A DNA stretch of 64,000 nt from Lama glama (Eukaryota): positions 100,070,001 to 100,134,000 of the forward strand of contig CM052816.1 of assembly GCA_028534125.1 (NCBI GenBank), written 5' to 3'. The translations under genes and the position numbers were made by a program. Below the pieces are notes generated by a model. That model ran no database searches. It saw nothing but the letters and a program-made list of their open reading frames with translations, and had not been told where the DNA came from. Each line of letters begins with the position of its first letter. Position 1 is the stretch's first letter. This document shows positions 10,791 through 24,169 of this stretch, piece after piece.

Positions 10791-13700
10791 CATCTTGCAG
10801 TTTCCCTGTCAATCTGGACGTGCCTTTCTTCTGCTCAAATTATAGGAAATAAAGAAAACCAACTCCAGATGTAAGTGATTTTGCGAGCGAGGGGTTAAGA
10901 AGTTCAAGAGGATTTTGGATTGTTGGGAAGCCAGAATTGCATGGGGTGAAGCCCATCTGTGGTCAGGAAGGCAGGCAAGGAGGGGAAGACAGATCAGATA
11001 AACGCTTGGAGGAAAATAAGGCATCGCCGGGCGGCTCTCCTGACCTGCCCACACTTCCCTGCTTCCAGCTGTCAAGCGGACTTTTTTGAGTGGGGATGAG
11101 GGGCAGGGGGCTTACACTGCTTGGAAAGAACGGTGAGAAACCCCCCAGTGCTCTGAGCTGCAGGCGTGAGGCTTGGAATGTGACTGTGGGGGAGCACCGT
11201 TCGGGGCTGCTGGGCAGACAGAGGGTCACCCTCGACGTGCCTGGTCTCGTGTCCCCTCCAAATCGCCAGGTCCACCCGACGCAGAGGAGACTCAGGGCAG
11301 ACCCTGCGGAGAGCGCGTTGCTGGCCTTGGGAGAGCTCTCCTGGAAAGTGAAGGTTTTGCTCATTAAACTGCCAGAGCATTTTTGTAAAAAATAAAGGAG
11401 GTTTAGAGGCAGACTGAAAAAAATGCTATATATCATTGGTAATTAGATCTCCACCACCTAGAGAATTTCTGCCTGAACTAGACACCCTTCTTAATCCTCA
11501 GGCTGCTGTCCTCCATATACCCTGTGTGTGTGTGGGGGGGGGTCTTCCTTCCATCCCACCCCTGTGACAGCCAGCCGTTAGGTGGATTCACGGGCTCTAA
11601 CCAAAGGAAACACGCCGTGCACGTGACTCTGGTGGCATTCTGATGCTCCTCTCCAGGGCCCCAGCGTCCTCTCCCTCAAAGGCAGTTCTGAGGGCCCAGT
11701 CCCAGCCGTGAACACGGCGTCTGAGCCAGTCCCTTTCCAGGGTGGGAAGGGGCCCTGAAGACACAGAGCCAAATGCGGGGACGGCTGGCTGGGGTGCCAG
11801 GCTTGCTGGGTGCAGCGCTGTAAGGGGAACGTCTCTTCTGCCCCCGAAGTCTGGAGACGGAGGGGACAAGAGACCCTGGTGTGCGACCATTTACCTTCAG
11901 ACTCTCCTAACAGGGCAGGCGGGGGCCCAGCTCTTGGAATCTGCTCTCTGAGTAATTGCCAGATGGCCTCCGGCAAGTGCAGGCTCAGACCTCAGGCTAG
12001 CAGCAGCGCGGAGCAGGGCTTCCTCCATGCTTCCTGGTGGCAGAGCTGAGTTCAGTGCCCTGGGCCTTGCCTCCCCGTCTGTTTCTGTCTTTTCTCCTCT
12101 ATCATCACCTCCCCTGGAGACGGACGACCAAGGAGACAATGAAGACAGAACCCACCAGATTCCAGCACCACTTCTGTCCATCATCTTGGTTAGAGGGCTT
12201 GCCTGTGCCTTAAGCCCAGGAATTCTGCTAACGATACATCAGAGGGGCCTGAAGGAGGCAGGGTGGCCTGAACTGTCATGTGCCGGAGGCCAAGCCTTAA
12301 CCTTCCAAGAGCACGGACGTTGGACTGGGGGGCCTTTGCCCCAGCAGATCCGGGTCTCGCAGCCTGTGACAGCTTGACTCACCCTCCAGCAGATCCGCTG
12401 CCAGACACGGACGGCCACGGGCCTCCACCGAGCAAAACGGTGATGGGGCCGGGCGAGGTGGGACAACCTGAGACAGCACCTGTGCCCCAAGTTCCCTGGG
12501 GAAGGCGCGCCCTGGGCCTTATCTGACTGTTACGTTGGAGGGGATCTTTGGGCAAGTACAAATAAATCACGTGTGAACACAGGCACCGATCAACTGTAGA
12601 CTTTATTTTTTAATAGAATCAGTTAAAAAGATTTAGTGATAATTTTCTAATAGAATAAAAGTATTATAATTAGCAAGTGTGAATATATAGTCTTCCCTGG
12701 ATAACCAAGGTGATGATTAAATCAAAGGTAGGTATAATGTGACCACGTGAAATACACAAAAACGTGTAGAACTCACACGCTGATGTAATAATGCTGCGTA
12801 TTCATCGCCTAAGCTCGTTATTCCTATGCAGGGAATTTGGGATACTTTATCAGTTTTGTATTTTCAGGTCACAATATTAGAAACAGATTAGCAAAATGAC
12901 AGTTCTGTTGCATGATTAATTACCACCACCCGAACCCCCTGCGTTCTTTTGTGGCCGATTCTGGCTTGAGAGCTTTCCTCACAGTCACTTTCCTGCAGGT
13001 CTGTGGTGTCTGATACCACCGCCCCGGGGCCAGCCATGAAAATAAAAGCAAAAGTGGGCCAGGGCAGGATGCCTGTAGCATCTACTGTAGATATTTTTGG
13101 GGGAGAAGAGGCTTGTAAGACCAATGCAGCCCACCTGAGACCAGCCTGATCATTGGTCTCAAACGATGGGGAGAGACCCTGGCTTTTCAGGCTGGAGGAC
13201 CTGGTACTGGAAGGAGGGCAGCCTGGAGCATGGTGCTCCGTGGACACAGCGCCCAGCTCCGTGCCCCACGGCCCTGTTCTGGGCACCCAGGGAAGAAAGT
13301 CCACTGTACTGACCCATGAAAGCAGGCAGTTGTCCACTGTTGTGTCTGGCCTTGGCTGAGGAAACAATCAGCAAATGAAACACATTATTTACCCTGAATT
13401 GTCTAAAAGTTACATGCATTATTGTTCTTTTCCTGTGAAACCATGTTCATCTGATAAAGAGTACACTCGGTTTCTCTTCACGGAACGCCCCCATCTCCAT
13501 CACTTACGGCCCCAAGAAGTCTTCCCTCAGAAAGTCAGGCTGGCTCATCCTACCCCACCTGGTTGAGGCCACACCTTGTCCTCTGAGCTTCTGAGCTGTG
13601 TCTCCCACTGTCTAGGGCATGCCTGGTTTGCCATGTTGTCCAGTGAGTGCTTATTGAGTGACCATCTGTGATCCACTCAGTCTTCATAAAGCTTAAGGAA

Positions 13701-16700
13701 TTTGCTGAGGGATTGCTGGCCAAATGGCCAAGACATGGAAAAGCGGTGGTGCTTAAACATCTTCCTCCTGTTGGATCTGTTTAGTCCTCGCTCAGGAGAA
13801 AGCACACACGTCTGTTAATGCTCACCGATTTGTTACTTGCATCTCAAATCTTTACAGCGAAGCTCCACAATGAAGCTGATCTGGTCCAGATCTTCACGTT
13901 AGTTCCACCTGCTTTGTCCAGGGTCTCAAGGAGCTCTCCGTGTCACGGCACCTGGGTGTCTGTTGGACTCACGGTAAATGTGCACCTGGTTGTGGTGCCT
14001 TGTTATGAAAAATGTGTCCTTTGCACGCAGGAAAGTTCTGCCACTGGAAATTCTGGGGGGCTTCTTGGGACCAGACTCAATCCACAAGTCCTGTCTTTTC
14101 CTTGATGGAACAGTGGCACACCTGCTCTGTTCCTGATTAAATACAGCCTTCCGCTCGCCGGGGCCAGGACCGGTGGCCCCCCCGGGGGGCAGCGTAAAGC
14201 ACCGCGTCACCTTCATGTCATACACACACTTGTCTTCTGGGTTGTACTGAAGACCGTCGGAGAAGGGCACACCCGCCAGCTTTCATCTGTAAGAAGGCCA
14301 GGCCTGCTCCGGACAAGGCCACGTCTGCGCGGTGACAACGTCTGCAGACGGCCTGTCAACACAGGAGGACGACTTTGCGAGAAGGTCACAGACGTGCACG
14401 CGTTAGCAGGGCGGGCGACGCGCGGCGGCCCCGGCCTCCCTGCGGTCTCCTGCAGCCGCTGCATATTAGATGGCGTCCCCCCCCAGCTGCTAAGTGCTGC
14501 GGCCCCGTTATCGGCCGGTCGCCAGCGGGCTCAGGGGAGAAGCGCTATCTCCGATGGCCATGAAAATTGATATTGAACATAGAGGGGAAAATCTCACAAG
14601 CTGATAGCAATTAGCTAAAAAGGATTTGCGACTCCATGATTCATCACGCCAGGGGACCAAAGTCATTTGCAGACGCTGCTTCCTGAGCCCCTGCGCGCGG
14701 CTCCGAGCTCTGCCCCTGTTTCTCCCCCACTGGGGTGTGACATTTCCAGCTTTCAGAGCCCCTTTCCAGAACAGAGGCTGCCGCAGCCGGGGACCCTCTT
14801 CTGTCATGGATGCTTCGTTAGAAGGTGCTCAAAGCCAGGAGCAGCCTCGCTCACGTTTTAGACATTCAAGGAAGAAAACGGAAAACCGTTTCCTTAAGAG
14901 TTGGTTGTGCTGTTTTTGTGTAAGTAATTTATGGCTCTGGGCCAGTAAGGAAATTAACCCTAAATTAGTCAGGACAATAGTGCTAAGGTATCAGAAGCGT
15001 CCAGAGGTTATTTTATAATAAGAAACAGTCGGCCCGGGTAGCTGCCGCTTTATCTTTGGTCGCCGAGTCCTGCGGCCCCTGGCGTGCGGCCCCGACGGTG
15101 GCCTGGGGGGGAGGGCAGGGCTCCCCGTCTGCCTGTGCCCGCCTGTGGCTCCGGCTGTTTACCCAGCTGCTGCCACGCGTGCCGTGAGAATAATATCCCA
15201 GATTTTCCCTGTGTCTTAAGTGGACACAGAGTCTCTGCGCGACTTGGTCATAAACAGTGCAAAAAATCAGGTGCTGCGTGGCTCTCCGCGTGGAGCTTGA
15301 CAGACCTGAACGGGAAAGCTGGACGTAAACGCTTTTATGGCCCCAGAGGAGGGACGGGGCCCTTGAACTGGTACCACAGGGCAGGAACCACGAAGGAAGG
15401 GTCTACTTATTTACTCTTTCACTAGTTACCTATGTGGAATAAACAGTGTTTCATATGCTATTTATTTTAATGTCAGTGTGTACATATGTCTATATACATA
15501 CACACAGCAGGTGTTGAAATGAAAAGCTTCCTTATGACAATAAATACCATAAACCCCCAAATAAAAGCCACACATAACCTCATTATTAATTAGGGAGGTG
15601 AGATTCATACACCGATGCCCCTCATCCCCTCCTGTGACCCGTGCGTAATAGCACGTCTCACACAGGAAGGGCTGGCAGGACCGGGGGCTCTCTGGTGGCC
15701 GTGTGGGCAGCCGGAGGGCTAGCCGGTGGCGGGGGGGGGGCTCCCGTCGGCTCCACCCAGCAGCCTGTGGGGCCCAGGCCTCTGCGTGTGGGTCGGGGAG
15801 TCAGCCGTCTGTCCAGCACCAGCTGCAGTCTGGGTCCTCTTGCTGGACGTGGAGCTGCCCTTGCTTAATTGGGGTGCATTCCACCTTGAATTACCTGTGC
15901 AGTCAAGCACGCTTCAGCAGCGATTTTAGGGCCAGCAGGAAATCGTCTGAGGACAGGTGTGGACGATTAGGAAAAGGGAGGCATGCAGAGGAAGCGTGGG
16001 TAGCTGCGGAGGGCGGGCTGGACACATGGGTGGAGAGCCCGCAGCCAGGTCGGGATGGACGCTCATGCAGAGACCTGGAGCCTCTGGGTGGTAGACTCTG
16101 GGCGCAGGAGGCGCCATGGACGGCTGCTTCAGAGGCAGGACAGCAAAGGGGACCAGAGGACTCGTTTCTGCATCAACCGTGGCAAACCTAGTAGTGGGTT
16201 AAAACCAGAAAGTGGGGGCAGAAATAACATGACACGCCGAGAGGTCTTTCCTTCCGGGGTTGGGCGGACTCCGCGGTGAGGGGAGCTCAGCACGCCGTGG
16301 ACGTCGGGACGACTCAGGAGGTGCTTTCTGTGCCTGCTCTTGAAGCCCAGCAGGGCTGTGAGTGACGTGATCAGTGGCACGCAGCTGTGTTCAGTGTGGT
16401 GCGTGTCCCTCAGTGAGAAGGCAGTGGCGCTCGCCACCTCCGTAGGGCCCAGGAACCCAGGGACCGTCCGGGTGATGCCCGGCAGGGCCGGGGTCTCTGA
16501 ACTCCATCTCTCGCCAGTTCTGCACCAATGGGCGCCCCCAGGGCCCTGACAGCACACCTCCCCCTTCCCGTCCCCCCCACTCTTCCTCGCCCTCTTTCCC
16601 CTGGAGGATGGACCTCCTTGTCTGAGAGCCCCGATGCTTAAACGTCCGGCTGATTATTTCACAAATGACCCCTGCCCCGCGCCCCGAGCTCCACCCCGAG

Positions 16701-17709
16701 AACGCGCAGATGCCGCCGCGGCCCCTGAGGGGGGCTTCCCTCTGCGCCTGTCTCCTCATTGGAGGGACGCTGTGCTTGCTCAGGCTCCTGGAGGACGACT
16801 CCCCCCCACGCGCCGAGGGGGAAGCTGGCGAGCTCCCCGCAGGGGTCCTCTTACCTCACTGACGTGCTCCAATCAGAGGGCAAGTGGTCTCTGTGCGTCC
16901 GACTCCGAGATGGAGTGATCCCGTCCCACACAGCCTCCGGCCGAGCGGGCGGCACGGCAGCGCTGCAGGGGAGCGGAGCCGGGCCCCGCGTGGCCTCTGC
17001 GCCACATTCGTCGTGGAACACGGCGCTGCTCAGCACAGCTGCTCAGCAAGCCGCGCTCAGAGCTGCCGACGCCCCGATCCTGGCGGGAGATGTGAAAACG
17101 GGTAAACGGATCCCTCCCTGGGAACCAGAGCCTGCGACCTTGTGTCTCGGAAAGGTCAACGAGTGAAACAGGGAAGAAGTACGTAAATGCAGAAGAGTGC
17201 ATTTGGGAGCACGGCTCGGCCGGCGGGTGTGGGACGCACAAGCCTGGGCCAGGACGGCGTTCTGGCCCCAGAGCCCGGGCGCTGCTCCCGGTCTGACCGC
17301 TCTGCCCTTGAGGAGGCCAGCTCTCCACCTCCTGCTCTCCAGGGCTCCGGCCAAGGACCTAAAACTGCACTGGTGGGCGAGGTGAGACACTGATGTGCGA
17401 GGGCTGCAGCACGCTGGCACCTGGGCAGCAGGAGGGCGGGCCCATGATGGGGAGGCCCCCGATGGGCGAGGCTTCGCACATTCTGTTCCCCACTGGCGCA
17501 CCCTTCCTGCACAAACGTGCATCTCCTTTAGGATGGGAGTCTGCTCGCTGCTGGTCCCACCCCTGCCCATATTACCCTCTGCCCCCATTATCCCTCTGCC
17601 CCATCCGTGTTTTATTTCGTTTTCCTAGGCCCTTCCACTTGCTTCCCCTCCACATAAATCTGGCTGATAATCCACTGGTCTAACGATCTTAAGGAGCAGC
17701 GGACACATC

Positions 17710-17895
17710 AGGGGCTGTGGGTGTGGCTCTGGGCCAGCGGCCTGGGTCTGTCTGCGCCCTTGCTCCACGGCTGGGCTGCTGGGGTCCCCTCTGAGCTCAG
17801 CCTCCTTCCTATAACCAAACCTCAGTGCTGGAGCTGTCAGAGGGGCCTAGCTGAGTGACCTAACTGTACTCTGTGAAGTACTCAGAACAGTGAAA
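17710..17895 (+). mobile_element. MIR SINE (GC-shifted)
   Basis: tggctctgggccagcggcctgggtctg...cctctgagctcagcctccttcctataa...tgtgaagtactcagaacagtg follows the MIR consensus order. Confidence 0.55.
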
Positions 17896-18716
17896 ATCAC
17901 ACACACGTGCACGCACGTCACTTACCAGTGAGGACCCAGCAGTGCCCCTTCATGTTCTCATGCCCATGCTGAGCATGGTGACAAGCACAGGCTGCAGGGC
18001 CAATGGGCTGAGAGTCTCGAAGGCAGTTCAGGGAGGCCCACGGGCAGACGCCCAGTCCTCCTGGGAGAAGGAGCCCGCTCCCTGAGCACCTGGGTCCCGC
18101 TGCCTTCTGTTCCTCCCAGCAGTGAGGCCTCAGTGTGTCCTGGGCAACTGAGTGCCTCCCAGGGTCAAACGTTTGGCCAACAAGGGCAGCTGGATGGTCA
18201 CAGCCTTCCTCTGGTCCCCTTTCCTGCAGCCCTGGGTCCAGGGCACGCTGCAGATGGCAGGAAGGTCTCGCGGGATGAGTGTGTCACTGCGCGTGGAGGC
18301 AGACGCTCCACGAGGCATCGTCTCCTGCTCCCTGCTCTGGGGAACCAGGGCGTCCACCGGCCTGACATGTTTGGGGGCCAAGCACGCACAAAGCAAGCAC
18401 TTCTACGGGCTGCAGCTTCTTGAGAGTGACTAATGTAGGCTGTATGGGCCGAGGGAGGCCCCGGAATAGAGGCGCCCCTTGCATGGACCTGGCCCTACTG
18501 GATGAGGGCTGGACTCGGGGAGCAGGCTTGCGCCCTCGGCTTCTAGCTCCAGGGTGTGGACCTCCGGGAGAAGCCCAGGGCCCACCTGATGGGCTGGGAG
18601 TGCGTGGCGGGGCTTCATGCAGGGGCTGGTCGCGGACAGCGTGGCTGGGGGGGCCCTCATCCCCCATCATGCTCCTGGAACGGTCTTGGTTTTGATTCAG
18701 AGGTTGGTCACAGGTT

Positions 18717-19174
18717 AGTACGAGCTTCCTGGCACCGAGGTAACAAAGTAACACAAAGTGACAGGCAAAGGGCGTCTATTTATTCCCTTGAAGTTCTGGA
18801 GGCTGCTAGTCTGAAATCAGGGGCCACGTCCAGGGAGAGCCCGTCCTGCCCCCCAGCACCTGGCCCTCCAGGTGCCCCTCGGCTCGTGGCCGCATCCCTG
18901 CACCCTCTGCCTCCATCCTCACGTGCCTCCTCCATGTGCATCTGTGTCTGTGTGTGTGTGTGTCTGTGTCTCGTGTCTCCCACTTCCCTCTCTTGTGAGG
19001 ACACCTGTTGTACACCTGGGGCACCTCTGGGCACTCTGGGATGGTCTCTTCTCCAGATTCTTAACTTAATCAAATCCCCAAATACCATGTTTTCCCTAAA
19101 TAAAGTCCCATTCTGGGTTCCTCTGGTCAGGACTTGGGCATAATTTTTTAAGGGCCACCACTCGGTCCACTGCA
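18717..19174 (-). mobile_element. MLT1 (MLT1B/C-like) ERVL-MaLR solo LTR
   Basis: gtaacaaagtaacacaaa...gttctggaggctgctagtctgaaatcag...tcttgtgaggacacc...ttaacttaatcaaatc...ccctaaataaagtcccattc...ggacttgggcata...ccactgca is the reverse complement of an MLT1 LTR. Confidence 0.85.
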
Positions 19175-19709
19175 GATGCCTGTGGAGACGCTGCAGAAAT
19201 AGAGCAAATCTGAGCAAACTGAGAGGTAAGGGAGACACAGGTAACTCAACCCCTTTGGCCCCCAAAGTACCTTATTAGGAGCCATTGGTCCATGAGGGAA
19301 GGGGGAGGCAGAGTAAATCCTCACCAAGCTTCTAGTCATTTATTTAATTTTTGTACAGAATCCTATTGTGTATTTTATCAACCCTTATTTTTTCATTTGT
19401 TGTGAGTATAGTACACACATCGCATACATCACGGCAAAAACTAACTAGCACAGCCTGCTGGTTTTGCGCTGCCACTGAGCCTGCGTTCACGGGCTTCTGG
19501 TTGTTTTGGAACGACATGTACCTTATGGCTTTAAACAAACAGAAAAAGCGAAGTCCTGGCGTCAGACCACATGCAGGTGTCTGCGGCTTTTGTAGCTGAG
19601 AAGATTCTGCCTCCACTACATTCCTGCTTGCCCCTCGATCACTGTCCCAGCACCTGGGACCGGGCGGCCCCCACTTTTGTTGACTGACTTCTCATGGAGG
19701 AGAAGCGTG

Positions 19710-20825
19710 TCTTCTGGGCTGGGTGAAACCCTCCTAGACGTGACCAAAAGCACAATTCATAAAAGATGAACTGATAAATTAGACTTCATTGAAACGCACT
19801 ATTTTTGCTCTGGGGTAAAGCAGACGAGGACACAATGTGGACTGGGAGAAAAATTTGCGAAGAACAAAATGACAAGGAAGACATTTCAAGAATACATAAA
19901 GAATTCTTAAAACTCAACAATTAAACGCCAAATACTCCCACTGGAAAAAGGCAAGACATGAAGACACGTTTCCCCAGGCGTGTGTGTGGGTGTCAGATCA
20001 GCACGTGGGAGAGACTGGGCAGCACTGGCCGGCAGGGAGGTCTGAGCCAAGACCCCCACGAGCCACCTGCTGGGGAGGGAGGCACAGGTTCTCACATGCG
20101 TGGTGCTGGGAAGGCCAACGGGCCCCGCCCTCTGGAAAGTAGTGGAAAAACTTCCTAAGAACAAAAACAAAATTAAAAAAGCACCAGGCCCGTGCCCCAG
20201 CAGTTTCGCTCCTGGGCATCAAATCCAGAGGGAACCCCCACACACACTGAGCAGGACTGCGCGAAGCAGCGTGGTTTGTGACGGCCCCAAACGGGAAACG
20301 GCCCAATCCTCCCTCTGCGGGTACCTCGGTGCCCACACGGTGCCCGCCCCGAGCCGGAGCCCTTCAGCACGGCCCAGCGCCGCAGACGGCGAGCTGCGCG
20401 GTGTGAGCGGCTGCTCGCGTGGACCCTCGTGTCTCATCAGAGGGGAACCAAGCCCGGCCCCCAAGGTGGCGCAGTATGGACTCCACCTGTAGGACGTGCT
20501 TGAAGTTACCGAATGAGCGGTGGAACATAGATGAGTGGTTGTGCAGATTCTGGGAGGAGGAGTCTGACTGCAAGGGGCTGGGGGGAGGGGAGATCGGCGT
20601 GGTGTCGTCACAGCTGTCTTGGTTGCGGTGTGGCCACGAGTGTCCCCACCTGTGGGAAAATGCCGTCAGTCCTCGACGTCCGTGTGTCCGTGTTGGAGTC
20701 CTGGTTTTGAAGCTGCGTGATTACTCAGCACGTCCCCATCCGGGGAAACTGGGTGAGGACTACAGGGGGCCGCGTTGGACTAGTTTTGTAATTTTCCGGG
20801 ATGTATCATTATTCTAAAATAAAAC
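19710..20825 (+). mobile_element. L1MC/L1MD-like LINE-1 3' portion (ORF2 end plus 3' UTR)
   Basis: ccaaaagcacaattcataaaaga...gataaattagacttcat; gactgggagaaaaatttgc; aagaatacataaagaattcttaaaactcaacaa; ccagcagtttcgctcctgggcat; 3' UTR ggggaaactgggtgagga...ttctaaaataaaa. Confidence 0.8.
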
Positions 20826-21032
20826 ACTAAGAGCAGAAAAAAGAAGCCCAAATAAATGAATTTTGAAGCAAAAGTATAAGAAAAGAAATTAAGCCTTACG
20901 TACGAAGAGATGGACCTCAAAACAAGAGCGTCGAGCAGTAAAACAGGACACGAGGGCGGGCGCCGCGTGCGTGGGCGATTCTAAAGCAGGTGACGCCGCG
21001 CTGCAGAGAGTGTGCCCGCACGGCGTACGCGG

Positions 21033-21532
21033 NNNNNNNNNNNNNNNNNNNNNNNNNNNNNNNNNNNNNNNNNNNNNNNNNNNNNNNNNNNNNNNNNNNN
21101 NNNNNNNNNNNNNNNNNNNNNNNNNNNNNNNNNNNNNNNNNNNNNNNNNNNNNNNNNNNNNNNNNNNNNNNNNNNNNNNNNNNNNNNNNNNNNNNNNNNN
21201 NNNNNNNNNNNNNNNNNNNNNNNNNNNNNNNNNNNNNNNNNNNNNNNNNNNNNNNNNNNNNNNNNNNNNNNNNNNNNNNNNNNNNNNNNNNNNNNNNNNN
21301 NNNNNNNNNNNNNNNNNNNNNNNNNNNNNNNNNNNNNNNNNNNNNNNNNNNNNNNNNNNNNNNNNNNNNNNNNNNNNNNNNNNNNNNNNNNNNNNNNNNN
21401 NNNNNNNNNNNNNNNNNNNNNNNNNNNNNNNNNNNNNNNNNNNNNNNNNNNNNNNNNNNNNNNNNNNNNNNNNNNNNNNNNNNNNNNNNNNNNNNNNNNN
21501 NNNNNNNNNNNNNNNNNNNNNNNNNNNNNNNN
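21033..21532. other. Assembly gap (exactly 500 N)
   Basis: Run of N read directly. Confidence 0.99.
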
Positions 21533-23029
21533 TGAGGCCAGCTGATTTGGAAATGTCCGAGTAGAGATGCCAGGAGGCAGAGGGCTCTGTGGGTGTGGAC
21601 TAGAGGCTGAGGCTGTAGTTGGTGACGTCACTTGATCCGGACACCAGCCACCGTGGACCCCGGTGGCGGGGGATGGGCGGGCCTGCAGAAGGGTCTCTCC
21701 CCACGCAGAGCCACCTCTGCGTCATGTATCACACAGGCTGGCGCATTTCCACTGCAAACGTCCCTCTCTTCCTGCTCTGTCTTCCCTTCCCTTCTCGCTG
21801 GTCCCCCCTCTTTGATTATTTCTATTTAACTTTTCGCTTACTACAGAGATGTACTATTATCTAGAAATCACACCTGACTTGTGCAGAAATGGCCAAGTCC
21901 CACACAAACCCCCAGACTCGAGACCCCGGGCTCCGGGCTTAACGCAGCGTGTCTGCAGTGACGCTCAGGTGACCTGAGTGCAGAGCTGCGTCGGGAGCTC
22001 CGCACAGAGATGGACGCGTGGCGCTTGGGGAGCTGCTTAGGCCAGCGTGTCCCTGGGCGAGCGGTGCCTTCTCCACAGCATTTACTCATTTCCCCCTGCA
22101 AGGGATTGGCACCCAGCTTGTGGATTCTGTTGGGGTGACTGAAGATGTTCCAATATTGGAAAAGGATTTTAGTATGTTTTACATGAATTATTTCCTGGTA
22201 TTTCAGTCCCCAGGTCTCCGATTCTCCCATCCGTATGTTGCGTTCTCCATCAGGAGAAGGGGCCCCGGGATGCAGTGTCTGAGCTGTATCTTCCCTCTCG
22301 GGGGAATCCCTGGAGTAGATAATAAATCACGCCCTCACGCTGCAAAGAAATCAACATATAAAAATCCCTTCGGTCAGCTTTCCGTGGCACTTCTAACTTC
22401 CACAGCGCCAAAACGCTGATGGCGGCCTCAGTTAGACACGGTCCTCCCCAAGTCCCGCTTAGAGAAGCCCAGGTTCCCGGCATCTGAGCCAGGGAAGGAG
22501 GTTTCAGCTACATCACAGAGACACGCACCGAGGGGCTGTCTTCATGACGACGAAGGAAGTCCGGTCACTGAAGCCCGGATCAAAGCTTCCCCAGCTGTGA
22601 TTACAGCCAGCTTCCGGAGAAGGCTTCAGACTGCGCACTGACTGGCTTGAAGCTTCAGTCTTGAGAAGACTGTTCTCAGACTCGTATTGGGGGAGCCAGT
22701 GAAGGCACTGTTTAGTTCCTCTCCACTTAACCAGCCCACGTCCCCGCTCCTCCCTCTCCCCTCTTTCCCGTCCTCATAGGAGGACAGGTGTGGTCACCTG
22801 GACTCTCCCCCCCAGCTTCCCCGGGGCTCCCTGCTGGTCCTTAGCATCTTCACTGCTCCCTCTCAGAGCCACATTTCCTTGTTCTCAAAAGTCCTCTGTC
22901 TTGGATGAATATTTTCTTAACACCAAAAGTCTGCTTTCTGGGCCATTTTTCTTCCCCTAAACACCGTCTCTTGCCCCCAGCACTCTGGCCGGCCCTTTCA
23001 CTCTTCTGGAGAAGTTCCATTTTAGCACA

Positions 23030-23208
23030 CGACTCTCAGATTGACTGCACACTGGGACCCTGGCTGGTTTGCTAAAGCGACTCCTGAGTCCCGCCCCGGA
23101 GGCGGGCACCCCGCGGGTCTGCATGGGCCTCTGGGATCTGCATTTCCAGCAAGTTCCCAAGTAACTCTGATAACGTTGGTCAGGGACCTGGCTAGAGAAT
23201 CTGGGCTC
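23030..23208. mobile_element. MER5A-like hAT-Charlie element
   Basis: ctctcagattgactgcacactgg...tttgctaaa...gatctgcatttccagcaagttcccaagtaactctgat...gttggtcagggacc...gagaatctg matches the MER5A layout. Confidence 0.7.
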
Positions 23209-24169
23209 TAAAAAGCCCCCTTAAGGATGGAATGCAGAGACTTCTCTGTGGTGTCCGACGCTAGTGACCGGTCCCCAAAACCCACCGTCCAAGGGTGCTC
23301 CCTGGGACCTGCCCTGCCCTCTTGGGCCCTCCCCTCACCCCGCTCTCGACTGGGGTACGGTCTCAAATTTCCACGTGCTCTGTTGGATCTCTCCTCCTCC
23401 TCCCCTTTGGGGAAAAAAGTTTGCTCTTACACTTGCTCATTTAGGAAATATCTTCAGCCTTGTCCCATCTCCCTAAATCCAGCTTGAAAATACCAGTAGT
23501 TTTCATTAACTGAAAATCGACATATTATCACCGTAGTGTCTTTCTGCATTCCGACCTCCCGTGCTCCCTTGTTAGTGGCGATATACGTAAAGAAGCAGTT
23601 TCACTCTGTGCTCATCCTTATACTCCGTCCGAGCGGAGGACCTTCTGGGAGCGCTCAATATCCTGCACCCCTGCTCCAATAATTGTGTCTGAGCAGTGGG
23701 GTGCTTCGCCCGATAGCCTGGCTAAGTGTTTGACAAATTTCCACCCATCTTCCAATAAGGTCCTAGCCCGTTTTCCAATAAAGCTGATGAAACCTGATAA
23801 AAAAAAAGTCAGAGGAATCAGAAGGCCCCCAGGCTAAGTGGAATCATATCTCGAGAGATTCCACATTCAGCATCATCTGTATTGGAAATATTAAAAAATT
23901 CATACATAGTGAAATGATAGATACTTATGTCACTATTTTAAAAAGTTGTGCTGACAGAGCTGTCCCCCTCTCCTCACCAACGATGCGTCTTCCTGAACAT
24001 GCGAAGGTGGCTTTACTGACCTGCTGACCCTCTAAGGTGGTTTGTGCTCTGAGTGTCGATAGTTTGCTCTGAACCATTGTGCCCCTGGTCTGCCCGGTGG
24101 CTGTGGCTGGGCTTGTGTGGGACCCCGGAGGTGATGGGAGGGACTCTGGAGATGATGGGGCAGGGTGCG

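Noticed and set aside
12840..12900. Splice-acceptor-like ttttgtattttcag|g
   Set aside because: No convincing open exon or paired donor follows, and isolated acceptor-like motifs are common.
20971..21631. Long ORFs spanning 21033-21532
   Set aside because: Artefacts of translating the N gap.
21820..22250. Possible antisense L1ME fragments right of the gap (and at about 40480-40660)
   Set aside because: Similarity to recalled consensus is too weak to support by eye.
22568..22629. Imperfect hairpin (ctgaagcc...ggcttcag with inner gctgt/acagc) as a possible pre-miRNA
   Set aside because: The stem is broken by large bulges, I recognise no miRNA, and such pairing is expected by chance.
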